Positions 1 through 8,486 of a DNA stretch of 20,000 bases are shown here, piece after piece. The stretch lies in sequence record SRR20825019_46; one strand, given 5' to 3'. The first letter of the stretch is position 1; each line of letters begins with the position of its first letter. The translations under genes were made by a program, and so were the position numbers. The notes beneath the pieces are model-generated. The model was given only the letters and a program-made list of their open reading frames with translations, did not search any database and was not told the origin of the DNA.

Positions 1-530
1 TGGAACTCATCGGTAATATGCCGAAGCTCCACTTGTGTCGATTTCAAAAAATTTCGTCTTGCCGGGATATTGAAAAATAGGTTCTTTACGGATATGGAAG
101 TTCCCTCTGGGGTTGCGATTACCACCTGGGACACAATTTTGCTCCCCTCAATTTTAAGGTGCGTACCAACCTCATTGGCTGCGGTACGCGTTTGCATATC
201 CACATGTGCTATAGCCGCAATGGATGCCAGTGCTTCGCCTCTAAAGCCTTTGGTGGCCAAATTAAAAAGATCTTGTGCGGACGATATCTTGGAAGTAGCG
301 TGGCGTTCAAAGGACAAACGGGCATCGGTCTCGCTCATACCCGATCCGTCGTCCACTACCTGGATAAGCGTTTTGCCCCCGTCCTTAACAATCAACTTTA
401 TACACGTGGCCCCCGCATCAATGGCGTTCTCCATAAGTTCCTTTACTACGGAAGCGGGTCGTTGTACCACCTCCCCTGCTGCTATTTGGTTAGCGACATG
501 GTCCGGTAAAAGTTTAATGATGTCCGCCAT
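1..530 (-). CDS. mutL: DNA mismatch repair protein MutL, N-terminal GHKL ATPase domain (runs off the left edge of the window)
   Basis: Manual translation of the minus strand from the ATG at 530: [41 protein letters not shown]...DDGSGM...FERHATSKI...[13 protein letters not shown], which includes the MutL signature GFRGEAL. Not in the supplied ORF track because it has no stop codon in the window. Confidence 0.98.
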   Translation of the reverse strand, partial: MADIIKLLPDHVANQIAAGEVVQRPASVVKELMENAIDAGATCIKLIVKDGGKTLIQVVDDGSGMSETDARLSFERHATSKISSAQDLFNLATKGFRGEALASIAAIAHVDMQTRTAANEVGTHLKIEGSKIVSQVVIATPEGTSISVKNLFFNIPARRNFLKSTQVELRHITDEF

Positions 531-814
531 TATGGATTCAGGAATATTGATAAGTCAAAATCGATGATAAACAGAAACAGCAAGACCAGAACGGCAACAA
601 TGATCCAAAAACGAAGTTTTAAATTTTTATCCCCTTCGGTCTGTAAATCGTCCATTGCAGAGGTGACTTTGTTTTTAAGTCCCCTGGTGGAATGTGCCGT
701 GGTTCTGAATTTATCAAGTTTGTGCTCAATTTTATAAGGATTCCCCTCTCCCTTATAATATCTGGGGGAGTAATCGAAGCTCTTATTTTTCCTAAGTTTT
801 AAAGGGTTTCGCAT
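530..814 (-). CDS. Small basic hypothetical protein with a single C-terminal transmembrane helix
   Basis: 94 aa ORF with a Lys/Arg-rich N-terminus (FDYSPRYY) and a hydrophobic C-terminal segment [16 protein letters not shown]. Its TAA overlaps the mutL ATG by 1 nt, and a promoter motif lies just upstream. Confidence 0.85.
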   Translation of the reverse strand: MRNPLKLRKNKSFDYSPRYYKGEGNPYKIEHKLDKFRTTAHSTRGLKNKVTSAMDDLQTEGDKNLKLRFWIIVAVLVLLFLFIIDFDLSIFLNP

Positions 815-836
815 AGTATCCTTATCGCTGCAACCT

Positions 837-844
837 CAAAGGTA
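837..844 (-). promoter_or_regulatory. Bacteroidota sigma-A -7 element (TACCTTTG) for the hypothetical-mutL unit
   Basis: The reverse complement of caaaggta matches TAnnTTTG and lies 22 nt upstream of the ATG at 814. Confidence 0.65.
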
Positions 845-936
845 CTTAAAATAGAAAAAAGGGGTTGGACGATCGTCCCAAAAAATGTTAACAGTCCCTA
901 GATGTTTAAATCATTGGATGTTGGAAGCAATAGAAC

Positions 937-1419
937 TTACGTGCCCAACATAGCCATTTGAATGGCGGCAATAGCGGCTTCAGTTCCCTTGTTGCCGTGC
1001 TTACCTCCGCTTCTTGCCCTGGACTGTTCAATAGTATCGTCCGTCAACACACAAAAAATCACAGGAACATCGTAAGCTACGTTCAAGTCCTTGATGCCTT
1101 GGGCCGTTGCGCTACATACAAAATCAAAGTGGCTGGTCTCCCCTCGAATAACGCTGCCGATAGCTATAATGGCATCCAATTTTTGGGTCTGAATCATCTT
1201 CTTGCAACCAAAAGTAAGTTCAAAACTACCAGGTACATCCCAGCGTAGAATATTTTCCGATAAAGTCCCACAATCCAATAACGCTTCTTGAGCTCCCTCG
1301 TACAAGGCCTCGGTAATCTCATCGTTCCATTCAGAAACAACAATCCCAAACCGAAGATTCTTCGCATTTGGGATTTTATTTTTATCGTAAACGGATAGGT
1401 TTTTGTTCTCTGTGGCCAT
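937..1419 (-). CDS. ribH: 6,7-dimethyl-8-ribityllumazine synthase
   Basis: Lumazine synthase motifs GIVVSEWN, VPGSFEL, GSVIRGETSHFDFV, PVIFCVLT and GKHGNKGTEAA; 160 aa. Confidence 0.98.
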   Translation of the reverse strand: MATENKNLSVYDKNKIPNAKNLRFGIVVSEWNDEITEALYEGAQEALLDCGTLSENILRWDVPGSFELTFGCKKMIQTQKLDAIIAIGSVIRGETSHFDFVCSATAQGIKDLNVAYDVPVIFCVLTDDTIEQSRARSGGKHGNKGTEAAIAAIQMAMLGT

Positions 1420-1422
1420 CTT

Positions 1423-2184
1423 TTAATTTTGCGCCAGTCCGATTAAAGCGTCAACAGCATTGGCTTCTTGAGAGTTCGGATATTCTTCCTTGATTCTTTC
1501 AAAATATCCCAAAGCTTTGCTTTTTTCACCAAGTTCCAATGCTACAACACCGGCCTTATGTAAAAAACGAGGAGCTGTAAATTCGTTATTGCTATGGGAA
1601 ATTGCCTTTTCATAATAATCCAAGGCATCATCATTCTGGTTTAATTGAGAAAAAGCATCACCGATTCCTCCTTTTGCCATAGCCCCCATAATGTCGTCAT
1701 CGGAAGAAAAACCTTCCAAATACTCAATGGCCTGGTCATATTGCTTAAGGTTCAAGTACGTCATACCAGCGGAGTATTTTGCCAAATTGGCCGCTTTGGT
1801 ACCACTGTATTCCTCGATAATGTCCAAGAAACCATACTTACCTTGAGCGCCGTTCAAAGCCAAGGTAAACAAAGAATCCTTTTCGGTTTCACTTGCCAAC
1901 GCTTGGTCAAAGTATTGTTGCGGGTAGAAAAGTTCGTTTGCGGCTGTTGCCTCTTTTGGATTCTGGATGAATTGGTGATAGCCCAAGTAAGCTAAAACAC
2001 CAACGGCAATCACACCGATTACACCCAAAATATAATTTTGGTTCTTCTGAACCCATGCTTCGGTCTTGGATGCACCTTCGTCCAAAGTATTGAAAACTTC
2101 AGCCGTTGTGCTGTCGTGTTCCTCTATCTGAGCTTCTTCCTCTTTATTTTTTGGCTTAAAGCCTCTCTTCTTGTATGTTGCCAT
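1423..2184 (-). CDS. Membrane-anchored tetratricopeptide repeat protein (YfgM-like architecture)
   Basis: Charged N-terminus, one TM helix (YILGVIGVIAVGVLAYLGY), then TPR-like helices (AKYSAGMTYLNLKQYDQAIEYL, GDAFSQLNQNDDALDYYEKA, AGVVALELGEKSKALGYFERI). Ends 3 nt before the ribH start. Confidence 0.88.
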   Translation of the reverse strand: MATYKKRGFKPKNKEEEAQIEEHDSTTAEVFNTLDEGASKTEAWVQKNQNYILGVIGVIAVGVLAYLGYHQFIQNPKEATAANELFYPQQYFDQALASETEKDSLFTLALNGAQGKYGFLDIIEEYSGTKAANLAKYSAGMTYLNLKQYDQAIEYLEGFSSDDDIMGAMAKGGIGDAFSQLNQNDDALDYYEKAISHSNNEFTAPRFLHKAGVVALELGEKSKALGYFERIKEEYPNSQEANAVDALIGLAQN

Positions 2185-2204
2185 CCGTCATTTAATTGGT
2201 CGCG

Positions 2205-2212
2205 CAAAAATA
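2205..2212 (-). promoter_or_regulatory. -7 promoter element (TATTTTTG) for the TPR-ribH operon
   Basis: Matches TAnnTTTG on the minus strand 20 nt upstream of the ATG at 2184, with TTTG at 2230-2233 (17 nt spacer) as a possible -33 element. Confidence 0.65.
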
Positions 2213-2248
2213 AAGTTTTTATCCAAAACCAAAAGGTAATTTATTCGT

Positions 2249-2256
2249 TATTTTTG
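2249..2256 (+). promoter_or_regulatory. -7 promoter element (TATTTTTG) for the recF operon
   Basis: Matches TAnnTTTG 54 nt upstream of the recF ATG and faces away from the 2205-2212 element. Confidence 0.6.
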
Positions 2257-2310
2257 GATTCCCTTTTTTAAAGGGCTGCCTTTTTATTCCAAACCGTTTC
2301 TCTGATTTTT

Positions 2311-3390
2311 ATGTTTTTAAGACATTTATCTTTAGTCAATTACAAAAACTTTGATTCCAAAACCTTGGAATTCGACCCTGTCATCAACTGTTTGGTGGGC
2401 GATAACGGGGTGGGAAAGACCAATGTTTTGGATTCCATTTACCACTTGTGCTTTGGCAAAAGCTACTTTAATCCCGTGTCCACGCAAAATATAAAACATG
2501 GCACCGATTTTTTTGTTGTTGAAGGTGAATTTGAGAAAAACGAAAGAACCGAAAAAATACTCTGCTCTTTTAAAAAAGGCACCAAAAAGGTGATAAAACG
2601 CAATGGAAAACCTTACGAAAAGTTTTCCGAGCACATTGGTTTTTTGCCATTAGTGATTATTTCCCCATCTGATCGCGACCTGATTTTGGAAGGCAGCGAC
2701 ACCCGCAGAAAGTTCATGGACGGGGTAATTTCCCAATCGGACAAGGTATATCTTCAAAACCTCATCAAATACAACAAGGTGGTGACACAGCGCAATTCGT
2801 TGCTCAAGTATTTTGCCGCAAACCGCACGTTCGACAAAGATACCTTGAGCATTTACAACGAACAGATGAACACCTTGGGCACAGCGATTCATCAAAAAAG
2901 AGTAGAATTTATTGAGTCTTTTCTACCCATTTTCATAGAACAGTACCATAACATCTCCGAAAAAGATGAGCAAATCGACCTCTCCTACGAAAGTCAGTTG
3001 AGCGATGAAAGTCTCTTAGAACTTTTAAAACAAAATATTGATAAGGACCGGGCCTTGCAATATACCTCGGTAGGTGTCCACAAGGACGACCTTAGTTTTA
3101 CCATTGCAGGCCACCCAATTAAAAAATTCGGGAGCCAAGGCCAACAAAAGTCATTTTTGATTGCATTGAAGCTGGCACAGTTTCACTTTATTAAACAATT
3201 AGCAGACACTACACCCATTCTTTTATTGGATGATATTTTTGACAAGTTGGACGAAAACAGGGTGTCACACATCGTTGGACTGGTCAAGGATGAAAATTTT
3301 GGTCAGATTTTTATCAGTGACACACATGCGGACCGCACCGAAAATGTGGTAAAGAACATTCATCAGAGTTATAAAATATTTACCTTGTAG
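2311..3390 (+). CDS. recF: DNA replication and repair protein RecF
   Basis: Walker [23 protein letters not shown], signature GSQGQQKS and Walker [13 protein letters not shown]; 359 aa. Confidence 0.98.
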   Translation: MFLRHLSLVNYKNFDSKTLEFDPVINCLVGDNGVGKTNVLDSIYHLCFGKSYFNPVSTQNIKHGTDFFVVEGEFEKNERTEKILCSFKKGTKKVIKRNGKPYEKFSEHIGFLPLVIISPSDRDLILEGSDTRRKFMDGVISQSDKVYLQNLIKYNKVVTQRNSLLKYFAANRTFDKDTLSIYNEQMNTLGTAIHQKRVEFIESFLPIFIEQYHNISEKDEQIDLSYESQLSDESLLELLKQNIDKDRALQYTSVGVHKDDLSFTIAGHPIKKFGSQGQQKSFLIALKLAQFHFIKQLADTTPILLLDDIFDKLDENRVSHIVGLVKDENFGQIFISDTHADRTENVVKNIHQSYKIFTL

Positions 3391-3394
3391 CATC

Positions 3395-3817
3395 ATGAAA
3401 CGCATACTTCCCTTTTTATTGATTTTACTGTTCTGGAGCTGTAATGATTCATCCATAAATAAAGAAGATTTACATTACCTGAACGGTTATTGGGAAATTT
3501 CAGAAGTTGAGTTTCCTGACGGTTCCATCAAAGAATACGGAATGAACACAAATATCGATTTCATTCAATTGAAAGAAGACAAGGGGTATCGAAAAAAGAT
3601 GAAACCCCAGTTTGATGGCACCTACGACACCTCAAAAGATGTGGAAAGTTTTGAAGTATCGGACATCAACGAAACCTTCACCCTTCGTTATAAAAATGAG
3701 TTCAGTGAATGGGAAGAAAAACTGGTGGAGTTGGATTCGGTTTCATTTTCGGTCACCAACCAAGAAGGTATAACTTATAAGTACAAACGTTTTGAACCCA
3801 TAAAAATCCCCCAGTAA
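3395..3817 (+). CDS. Putative lipoprotein with a lipocalin-like beta-barrel
   Basis: Signal peptidase II-type leader MKRILPFLLILLFWSC and an LNGYWEI (GxW) lipocalin-like motif, followed by beta-rich sequence. Confidence 0.7.
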   Translation: MKRILPFLLILLFWSCNDSSINKEDLHYLNGYWEISEVEFPDGSIKEYGMNTNIDFIQLKEDKGYRKKMKPQFDGTYDTSKDVESFEVSDINETFTLRYKNEFSEWEEKLVELDSVSFSVTNQEGITYKYKRFEPIKIPQ

Positions 3818-4113
3818 TGGCCAAAAGACATAGTTCCCATATTCCATTGAGCGAAGCGCTTAGCGAGTTCATCCAAGAAAACAAACTCCAAAAGGGCATG
3901 GACAAAGTGGATGCCAGGGAGGCCTGGGCAACATTAATGGGCAATGGGGTAAACAACTACACAACAGCTGTTGAACTGAAAAACGATACACTCTACATAT
4001 CGCTCACCTCTTCTGTATTACGCGAGGAATTGAGTTTGGGAAAAACCAAGATCATTAAAATGCTCAATGAGGAATTGGGCAAGGAACTGGTGAAAAAATT
4101 GGTGTTGCGATAA
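3817..4113 (+). CDS. DUF721 / DciA-family protein (putative replicative helicase loader)
   Basis: 98 aa with the pattern W..LMG..V..YT......TLYISLTSSVLREELS...KIIKMLN typical of DUF721. Sits downstream of recF, and its ATG overlaps the previous TAA. Confidence 0.85.
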   Translation: MAKRHSSHIPLSEALSEFIQENKLQKGMDKVDAREAWATLMGNGVNNYTTAVELKNDTLYISLTSSVLREELSLGKTKIIKMLNEELGKELVKKLVLR

Positions 4114-4126
4114 TCCAAAAGGCCAT

Positions 4127-4153
4127 AAAAAAAGCCACCCGAAAAGGTGGCTT
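4127..4153 (-). terminator. Rho-independent terminator for ndk (hairpin between convergent genes)
   Basis: Stem aagccacc (4132-4139) / ggtggctt (4146-4153) with a 6-nt loop. The A-run at 4127-4133 gives a U-tract on the minus strand. Confidence 0.85.
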
Positions 4154-4177
4154 CAATAAAATTATCTTGTAAATCGA

Positions 4178-4597
4178 TTAGTAGGTTTCCCTTCCTGAAA
4201 AGTGGAAAGCACCTTCGATAGCAGCATTTTCATCGCTATCGGAACCGTGAACCGCATTTTCACCAATACTGGCAGCATACAATTTTCTAATGGTTCCTTC
4301 AGCAGCTTCTTCTGGATTGGTTGCACCGATCAAAGCACGGAAATCATCCACGGCATTGTCTTTTTCCAAAATGGCAGCAACAATCGGTCCTCTTGTCATA
4401 AACTCCACCAATTCGCCAAAAAACGGACGCTCTTTGTGGATGGCATAGAATATTTCGGCATCCCTAGTGCTCAATTGTGTGTACTTCATGGCCACAATCC
4501 TAAATCCAGCAGCCGTAATTTTATCCAAAATTGCCCCGATGTACCCGTTTTCAACGGCATCAGGCTTAATCATGGTAAACGTTCTATTTCCAGTCAT
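4178..4597 (-). CDS. ndk: Nucleoside-diphosphate kinase
   Basis: [31 protein letters not shown]...GTIR and the catalytic NAVHGSDS motif. Confidence 0.99.
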   Translation of the reverse strand: MTGNRTFTMIKPDAVENGYIGAILDKITAAGFRIVAMKYTQLSTRDAEIFYAIHKERPFFGELVEFMTRGPIVAAILEKDNAVDDFRALIGATNPEEAAEGTIRKLYAASIGENAVHGSDSDENAAIEGAFHFSGRETY

Positions 4598-4612
4598 TTT
4601 TTAAATTTTGCG

Positions 4613-4642
4613 CAAACTTAAGCTTTTTCGACCAAGGTACAA
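4613..4642 (-). promoter_or_regulatory. Sigma-A promoter for ndk: TTG-N19-TAAGTTTG
   Basis: Minus-strand TTG at 4640-4642, a 19 nt spacer and TAAGTTTG at 4613-4620. This fits the Bacteroidota -33/-7 consensus. Confidence 0.7.
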
Positions 4643-4645
4643 GGC

Positions 4646-5680
4646 TCAATAGCTTTGTTTTAACTCTTGAAGAACAGTACCATTGTCCCCCATAATTTTG
4701 AATTCGGCCCTTTTCTCTTCAATATTCAGGTTGATGATTCCATAACTTTTATCGGAAACCACCTCCCCTACGCGGTGTTGATTAGGCTCTCCGCTAAAGC
4801 TGAAATACGAATGGGTCAGCCCACTACTGGTAAAGTCCACCAATGGATAGGATAGGCCGTCAACATCAGCTCTGGAGAACTCGGAAATATGTCGGTCGCC
4901 CGATAAAATAATCACTCCCTTTGCTCCTGATTGCTTGATAATGTTTTCCAATTTCTCCACCTCCAATGGAAAATTGCCCCAAGTTTCAAAACCATGTTCG
5001 CCCGAAAGCACTTGAATGCTGGACATAATCAGGTTGAAATCTGCATCCGATTCTTTAAGTTCTTTCCCCAACCATTCCCATTGAGCATTCCCAAGTATTG
5101 TAGCCGTGGAATCCATTGTTGGTTTGTATCTCCTATTTGAATCTTCATCTTTAATCAGCTCACTTCTAAAATAGCGCGTATCCAGTACAATCACTTTTAC
5201 CTTGCCCGCTGGCACTTCGTAATCATGGGAGGTATAAACACCTTCTTGGTTTCTTCGCTCACTATCCTCTGGCACTCCCATAAAATCCAAAAACACCTGC
5301 TGGCTTTCTGCCTTTATCGCAAAATCGGACCCTCCGTCATTCACACCAAAATCGTGATCGTCCCAAGTACCGATAATCGGAACTTCTTTTCTCAACTTCG
5401 CATATCCTGCCACGGTATCCTGCATCGCATAGATAGTGCGTAATCGCTCAACATCGTCCGTGTCCGCGTAAACGATGTCCCCACCCCAAATCCAAACATC
5501 CGGATACTCGGACAAAATATCATCCCAAAATGGATTAGGTTCTTGTGACATATTGCAGGAGCCAAAGGCAACCACAAAATCAGGTGCAGGCTGCTTTTGG
5601 GACTCAGTTGTTTGCTCCGCCTTCTTTTTACAGGAAATAAACAAAACCAATGCCGCTAAAATTAGGTATGATTGCTTCAT
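4646..5680 (-). CDS. PhoD-family (alkaline phosphatase D) metallophosphoesterase, lipoprotein
   Basis: PhoD-type motifs AFGSC, WGGDIVYAD, WDDHDFG, LDTRYFR, LG..QWEWL and LSGDRH; lipobox LFISC. Confidence 0.92.
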   Translation of the reverse strand: MKQSYLILAALVLFISCKKKAEQTTESQKQPAPDFVVAFGSCNMSQEPNPFWDDILSEYPDVWIWGGDIVYADTDDVERLRTIYAMQDTVAGYAKLRKEVPIIGTWDDHDFGVNDGGSDFAIKAESQQVFLDFMGVPEDSERRNQEGVYTSHDYEVPAGKVKVIVLDTRYFRSELIKDEDSNRRYKPTMDSTATILGNAQWEWLGKELKESDADFNLIMSSIQVLSGEHGFETWGNFPLEVEKLENIIKQSGAKGVIILSGDRHISEFSRADVDGLSYPLVDFTSSGLTHSYFSFSGEPNQHRVGEVVSDKSYGIINLNIEEKRAEFKIMGDNGTVLQELKQSY

Positions 5681-5698
5681 GATATGATTTTACAGAAT

Positions 5699-5706
5699 CA
5701 AAAATA
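5699..5706 (-). promoter_or_regulatory. -7 promoter element (TATTTTTG) for the phoD-like gene
   Basis: Matches TAnnTTTG 18 nt upstream of the ATG at 5680. Confidence 0.6.
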
Positions 5707-5741
5707 CGGATAAACCAAGTTACCTCTATATTATATTATTG

Positions 5742-5749
5742 TATATTTG
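5742..5749 (+). promoter_or_regulatory. -7 promoter element (TATATTTG) for nrnA-gldI-PPIase
   Basis: Matches TAnnTTTG only 5 nt before the ATG at 5755. Confidence 0.65.
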
Positions 5750-5754
5750 GCCGC

Positions 5755-6771
5755 ATGAATTCAGCGGATATCACGACAGTAAAGTCGATTCTTTCCCAAC
5801 CTCAAAAGATAGCGATCATACCCCACAGAAATCCTGACGGAGATGCCATCGGGTCCTGCTTGGCACTATATGGATTTTTAAAGAAAAAGGGGCATACCGT
5901 ACATGTGGTCGCTCCAAATGACTATCCAAAATTCCTTAAATGGATGCCGGAGAACGATACCGTTATCAATTTTGAGAGGGAAAATCCAAAGGCAAAAGAA
6001 GTTATCAATGAAGCTTCTGTAATTTTTACCTTGGATTTTAACGACCTTTCCCGTGTTGGGCAAATGGAACAGGTCTTGAAAGAGGCGAGCGCCGATTTTA
6101 TAATGATAGACCACCACCAACAACCGAGCGATTATGCAATGGTGACCTATTCCGATGTGACCATGAGCTCTACCTGCGAGATGGTATACAACTTTATTGA
6201 TTTTTTAGGTGAAACCGACCAAATTGATGCCGATATGGCCACAAACCTGTACACGGGCATTATGACGGACACAGGTTCCTTTAAGTACCGTTCCACATCC
6301 AGCAAAACGCACCGCGTAGTGGCCGAACTTATTGACAAAGGAGCTGACAATATGGCGATTCACCAAGAGGTTTTTGACACCAATTCTCCCTCTCGTCTAC
6401 ATTTGCTAGGCGTGGCACTAAGCAACATGGTGATTCTGCCCGAATATAGAACCGCTTACATTACCCTAACCCAAGACGAGCTGGACCAGTACGACTTTAA
6501 AAAAGGTGATACAGAAGGTTTTGTAAATTACGGCCTAACTTTGGAAGGGATTATTTTCGCTCTTATTTTTATCGAAAACCGGGAAGAGGGCATTATTAAA
6601 ATTTCCTTGCGTTCCATAGGGGATTTTTCTGTTAACGAATTTGCAAGAGCTCATTTTAATGGAGGCGGACATACCAATGCGGCAGGAGGAAGAAGCGAAA
6701 CCAGTATGGACGAGACCATTTCCAGATTCAACGATATTTTAAAAACGTATAAAGACAAATTGAATCCATGA
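5755..6771 (+). CDS. nrnA: DHH/DHHA1 phosphoesterase, bifunctional oligoribonuclease/pAp phosphatase NrnA
   Basis: H.NPDGDAIGS, IDHH, GIMTDTGSF, SLRS and the DHHA1 motif GGGHTNAAG. Confidence 0.92.
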   Translation: MNSADITTVKSILSQPQKIAIIPHRNPDGDAIGSCLALYGFLKKKGHTVHVVAPNDYPKFLKWMPENDTVINFERENPKAKEVINEASVIFTLDFNDLSRVGQMEQVLKEASADFIMIDHHQQPSDYAMVTYSDVTMSSTCEMVYNFIDFLGETDQIDADMATNLYTGIMTDTGSFKYRSTSSKTHRVVAELIDKGADNMAIHQEVFDTNSPSRLHLLGVALSNMVILPEYRTAYITLTQDELDQYDFKKGDTEGFVNYGLTLEGIIFALIFIENREEGIIKISLRSIGDFSVNEFARAHFNGGGHTNAAGGRSETSMDETISRFNDILKTYKDKLNP

Positions 6772-7316
6772 GATTTTTTCTAGCCGTTCTGTTGGTTATA
6801 TCTGTTGCAAGTTGTGGGGGTCCGGAACCGAGAAGACCTGTAGAGGTTAAATCCGGTAGTTTCTTCAAGGAATCCATTGAGCGCACCAAAAAATTATTGG
6901 CCGAGGAAGAAAAAGCAATTCAGGAAATCATTTCCAAGGATACAGTCCACGAGTATATGTCGAACCCAAATGGGTTTTGGTATTATTACGAGACCAAGAA
7001 CGACACTGCCACCTATCAATTAAAGTCGGGCGACCAGATTTTGTTTTCTTATAATTTGATGAACTTGGAAGGTGACACCATTTATACAGTAGAAGAAATC
7101 GGGCCTAAATCTCATGTTATCGACAAACAGCAGCTGTTTCCAGGTCTTCAAAACGCCGTGAAGCTGTTAAAAATAAATGAGAAGGCCACATTTTTGTTCC
7201 CTTCCCCCCTAGCTTTTGGCTATCAAGGCGACAATAAGGCCATTGGACCAAAAACACCACTTAAATCATCTGTAGAATTACATACAATCATTATAGACAA
7301 CGACAGTTTAAACTAA
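6768..7316 (+). CDS. gldI: Gliding motility-associated FKBP-type peptidyl-prolyl isomerase lipoprotein GldI
   Basis: Lipobox VASC followed by PEPRRPV..KSGSF.KESIERTKKL...EE, GFWYYY and the FKBP core FPGL...LFPSPLAFGYQGD..IGP. ATGA overlap with nrnA; the position before a PPIase matches the flavobacterial gldI locus as I recall it. Confidence 0.9.
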   Translation: MRFFLAVLLVISVASCGGPEPRRPVEVKSGSFFKESIERTKKLLAEEEKAIQEIISKDTVHEYMSNPNGFWYYYETKNDTATYQLKSGDQILFSYNLMNLEGDTIYTVEEIGPKSHVIDKQQLFPGLQNAVKLLKINEKATFLFPSPLAFGYQGDNKAIGPKTPLKSSVELHTIIIDNDSLN

Positions 7317-7327
7317 ATTCATTAACC

Positions 7328-8431
7328 ATGAAGAAATTATTTTACATTATACCATTATTCCTCCTCGTTATCATGGGGTGCAAATCGAGCAAATATGCCG
7401 ATTTGGGCGATGGTATCTTTGCTGATATCCAAACCACTAAAGGTGATATCATCATTCAGCTTGAATACAAAAAAACACCTGTTACAGTGGCCAACTTTGT
7501 ATCCTTGGCAGAAGGAAAAAATCCATTTGTAAACGATGAGTATAAGGATAAAAAATTCTATGATGGAATTGTTTTTCATAGGGTCATTAAAGATTTTATG
7601 ATTCAAGGAGGAGACCCAACCGGAAGTGGAAGCGGAAATATTGGATACACGTTCAAAGATGAATTCAATGATTCCTTGAGACACTCCAAAAAAGGTATCC
7701 TTTCCATGGCCAACAGGGGTCCTAAAACCAATAGCAGTCAATTTTTCATCACCCACAAGGCCACGCCTTGGTTGGACGACAAGCACACCGTTTTTGGTGA
7801 AGTAGTTGCGGGAATGGACGTTGTGGACACAATTGCTAGCGTTGAAACCGGCGCTCAGGACAGACCAAAAACAGACGTTGTGATGAATCACGTAGAAATT
7901 GTGCGTAACGGCAAGGATGCCAAACAATTTGACGCTGTTAAAATAATGAGCGACTACTTTGAAGAAGCAAAACTAGAGGAAGCCGCATTCAAAAAAATGA
8001 AGGAAGATTTGGCCGCCCAATTTGCTGAGCAAATCGACCAGGCCGAGGAAACTCCAAGTGGATTACGAATTTTAACCTTGAAGGAAGGTGATGGCGAGCA
8101 GCCTAAAGTAGGTCAAAAAGTATTGGTAAACTATGCAGGTTGGTTATTCAACGCAGATTTGTTCGACAGCAATATTCAAGAAATTGCTGAACAATTCAAC
8201 CAACTGAACCCTGGTAGGAGAGATCAGGGCGGATATCGTCCATTTCCTATGGACTACAGCCCAGATGCCCAATTGGCTGCAGGCTTCCGTGAAGGATTGT
8301 TGACCATGAAAGTTGGGGATAAAGTTCGTTTGTTCATCCCTCCACATTTAGGGTATGGCGACAACGATTACGGTCCTATCCCTGGTGGTTCGACCTTAGT
8401 TTTTGATATAGAAATAGTTGGAATCCAATAA
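7328..8431 (+). CDS. Peptidyl-prolyl cis-trans isomerase, cyclophilin + FKBP fusion lipoprotein
   Basis: Lipobox IMGC; cyclophilin motifs FHRVIKDFMIQGGDPTG, LSMANRG, SQFFIT, WLDDKHTVFG; FKBP motifs VNYAG, FDS, GFREGL..MKVG, IPPHLGYG, IPGGSTLVFDIE. Confidence 0.96.
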   Translation: MKKLFYIIPLFLLVIMGCKSSKYADLGDGIFADIQTTKGDIIIQLEYKKTPVTVANFVSLAEGKNPFVNDEYKDKKFYDGIVFHRVIKDFMIQGGDPTGSGSGNIGYTFKDEFNDSLRHSKKGILSMANRGPKTNSSQFFITHKATPWLDDKHTVFGEVVAGMDVVDTIASVETGAQDRPKTDVVMNHVEIVRNGKDAKQFDAVKIMSDYFEEAKLEEAAFKKMKEDLAAQFAEQIDQAEETPSGLRILTLKEGDGEQPKVGQKVLVNYAGWLFNADLFDSNIQEIAEQFNQLNPGRRDQGGYRPFPMDYSPDAQLAAGFREGLLTMKVGDKVRLFIPPHLGYGDNDYGPIPGGSTLVFDIEIVGIQ

Positions 8432-8453
8432 TAAAATTCCAAAAGCATAACTT

Positions 8454-8486
8454 AAAAAAAGCCGTACTTTTCCGTGCGGCTTTTTT
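8454..8486 (+). terminator. Rho-independent terminator after the nrnA-gldI-PPIase operon
   Basis: A7-gccgtac (8461-8467), loop ttttcc, gtgcggc (8474-8480), then T6. The stem has one G-U pair on the plus strand. Confidence 0.85.

Noticed and set aside
70..567. 165 aa and 116 aa plus-strand ORFs (70..567, 159..509)
   Set aside because: They are antisense shadows of mutL, which is clearly encoded on the minus strand.
2261..2275. Small hairpin cccttt-ttt-aaaggg in the recF leader
   Set aside because: The stem is weak and the leader is too short for a riboswitch or attenuator.
2184..2310. Possible FMN riboswitch upstream of the TPR-ribH operon
   Set aside because: The predicted leader is only about 15 nt and no RFN-element sequence is visible.
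4202..4621. 139 aa plus-strand ORF opposite ndk
   Set aside because: Antisense shadow of a highly conserved gene, with no recognisable motifs.
4625..4635. ttttcgaccaa, shared with the -10 region of the candidate ECF promoter at 14781-14791 (minus strand)
   Set aside because: There is no TGTAA element 16 nt upstream and it points away from ndk, so it is probably a chance match.
5727..5748. Short tatat tandem repeats between the divergent phoD and nrnA promoters
   Set aside because: Low-complexity AT sequence with no 11-bp periodic Pho-box-like direct repeat.
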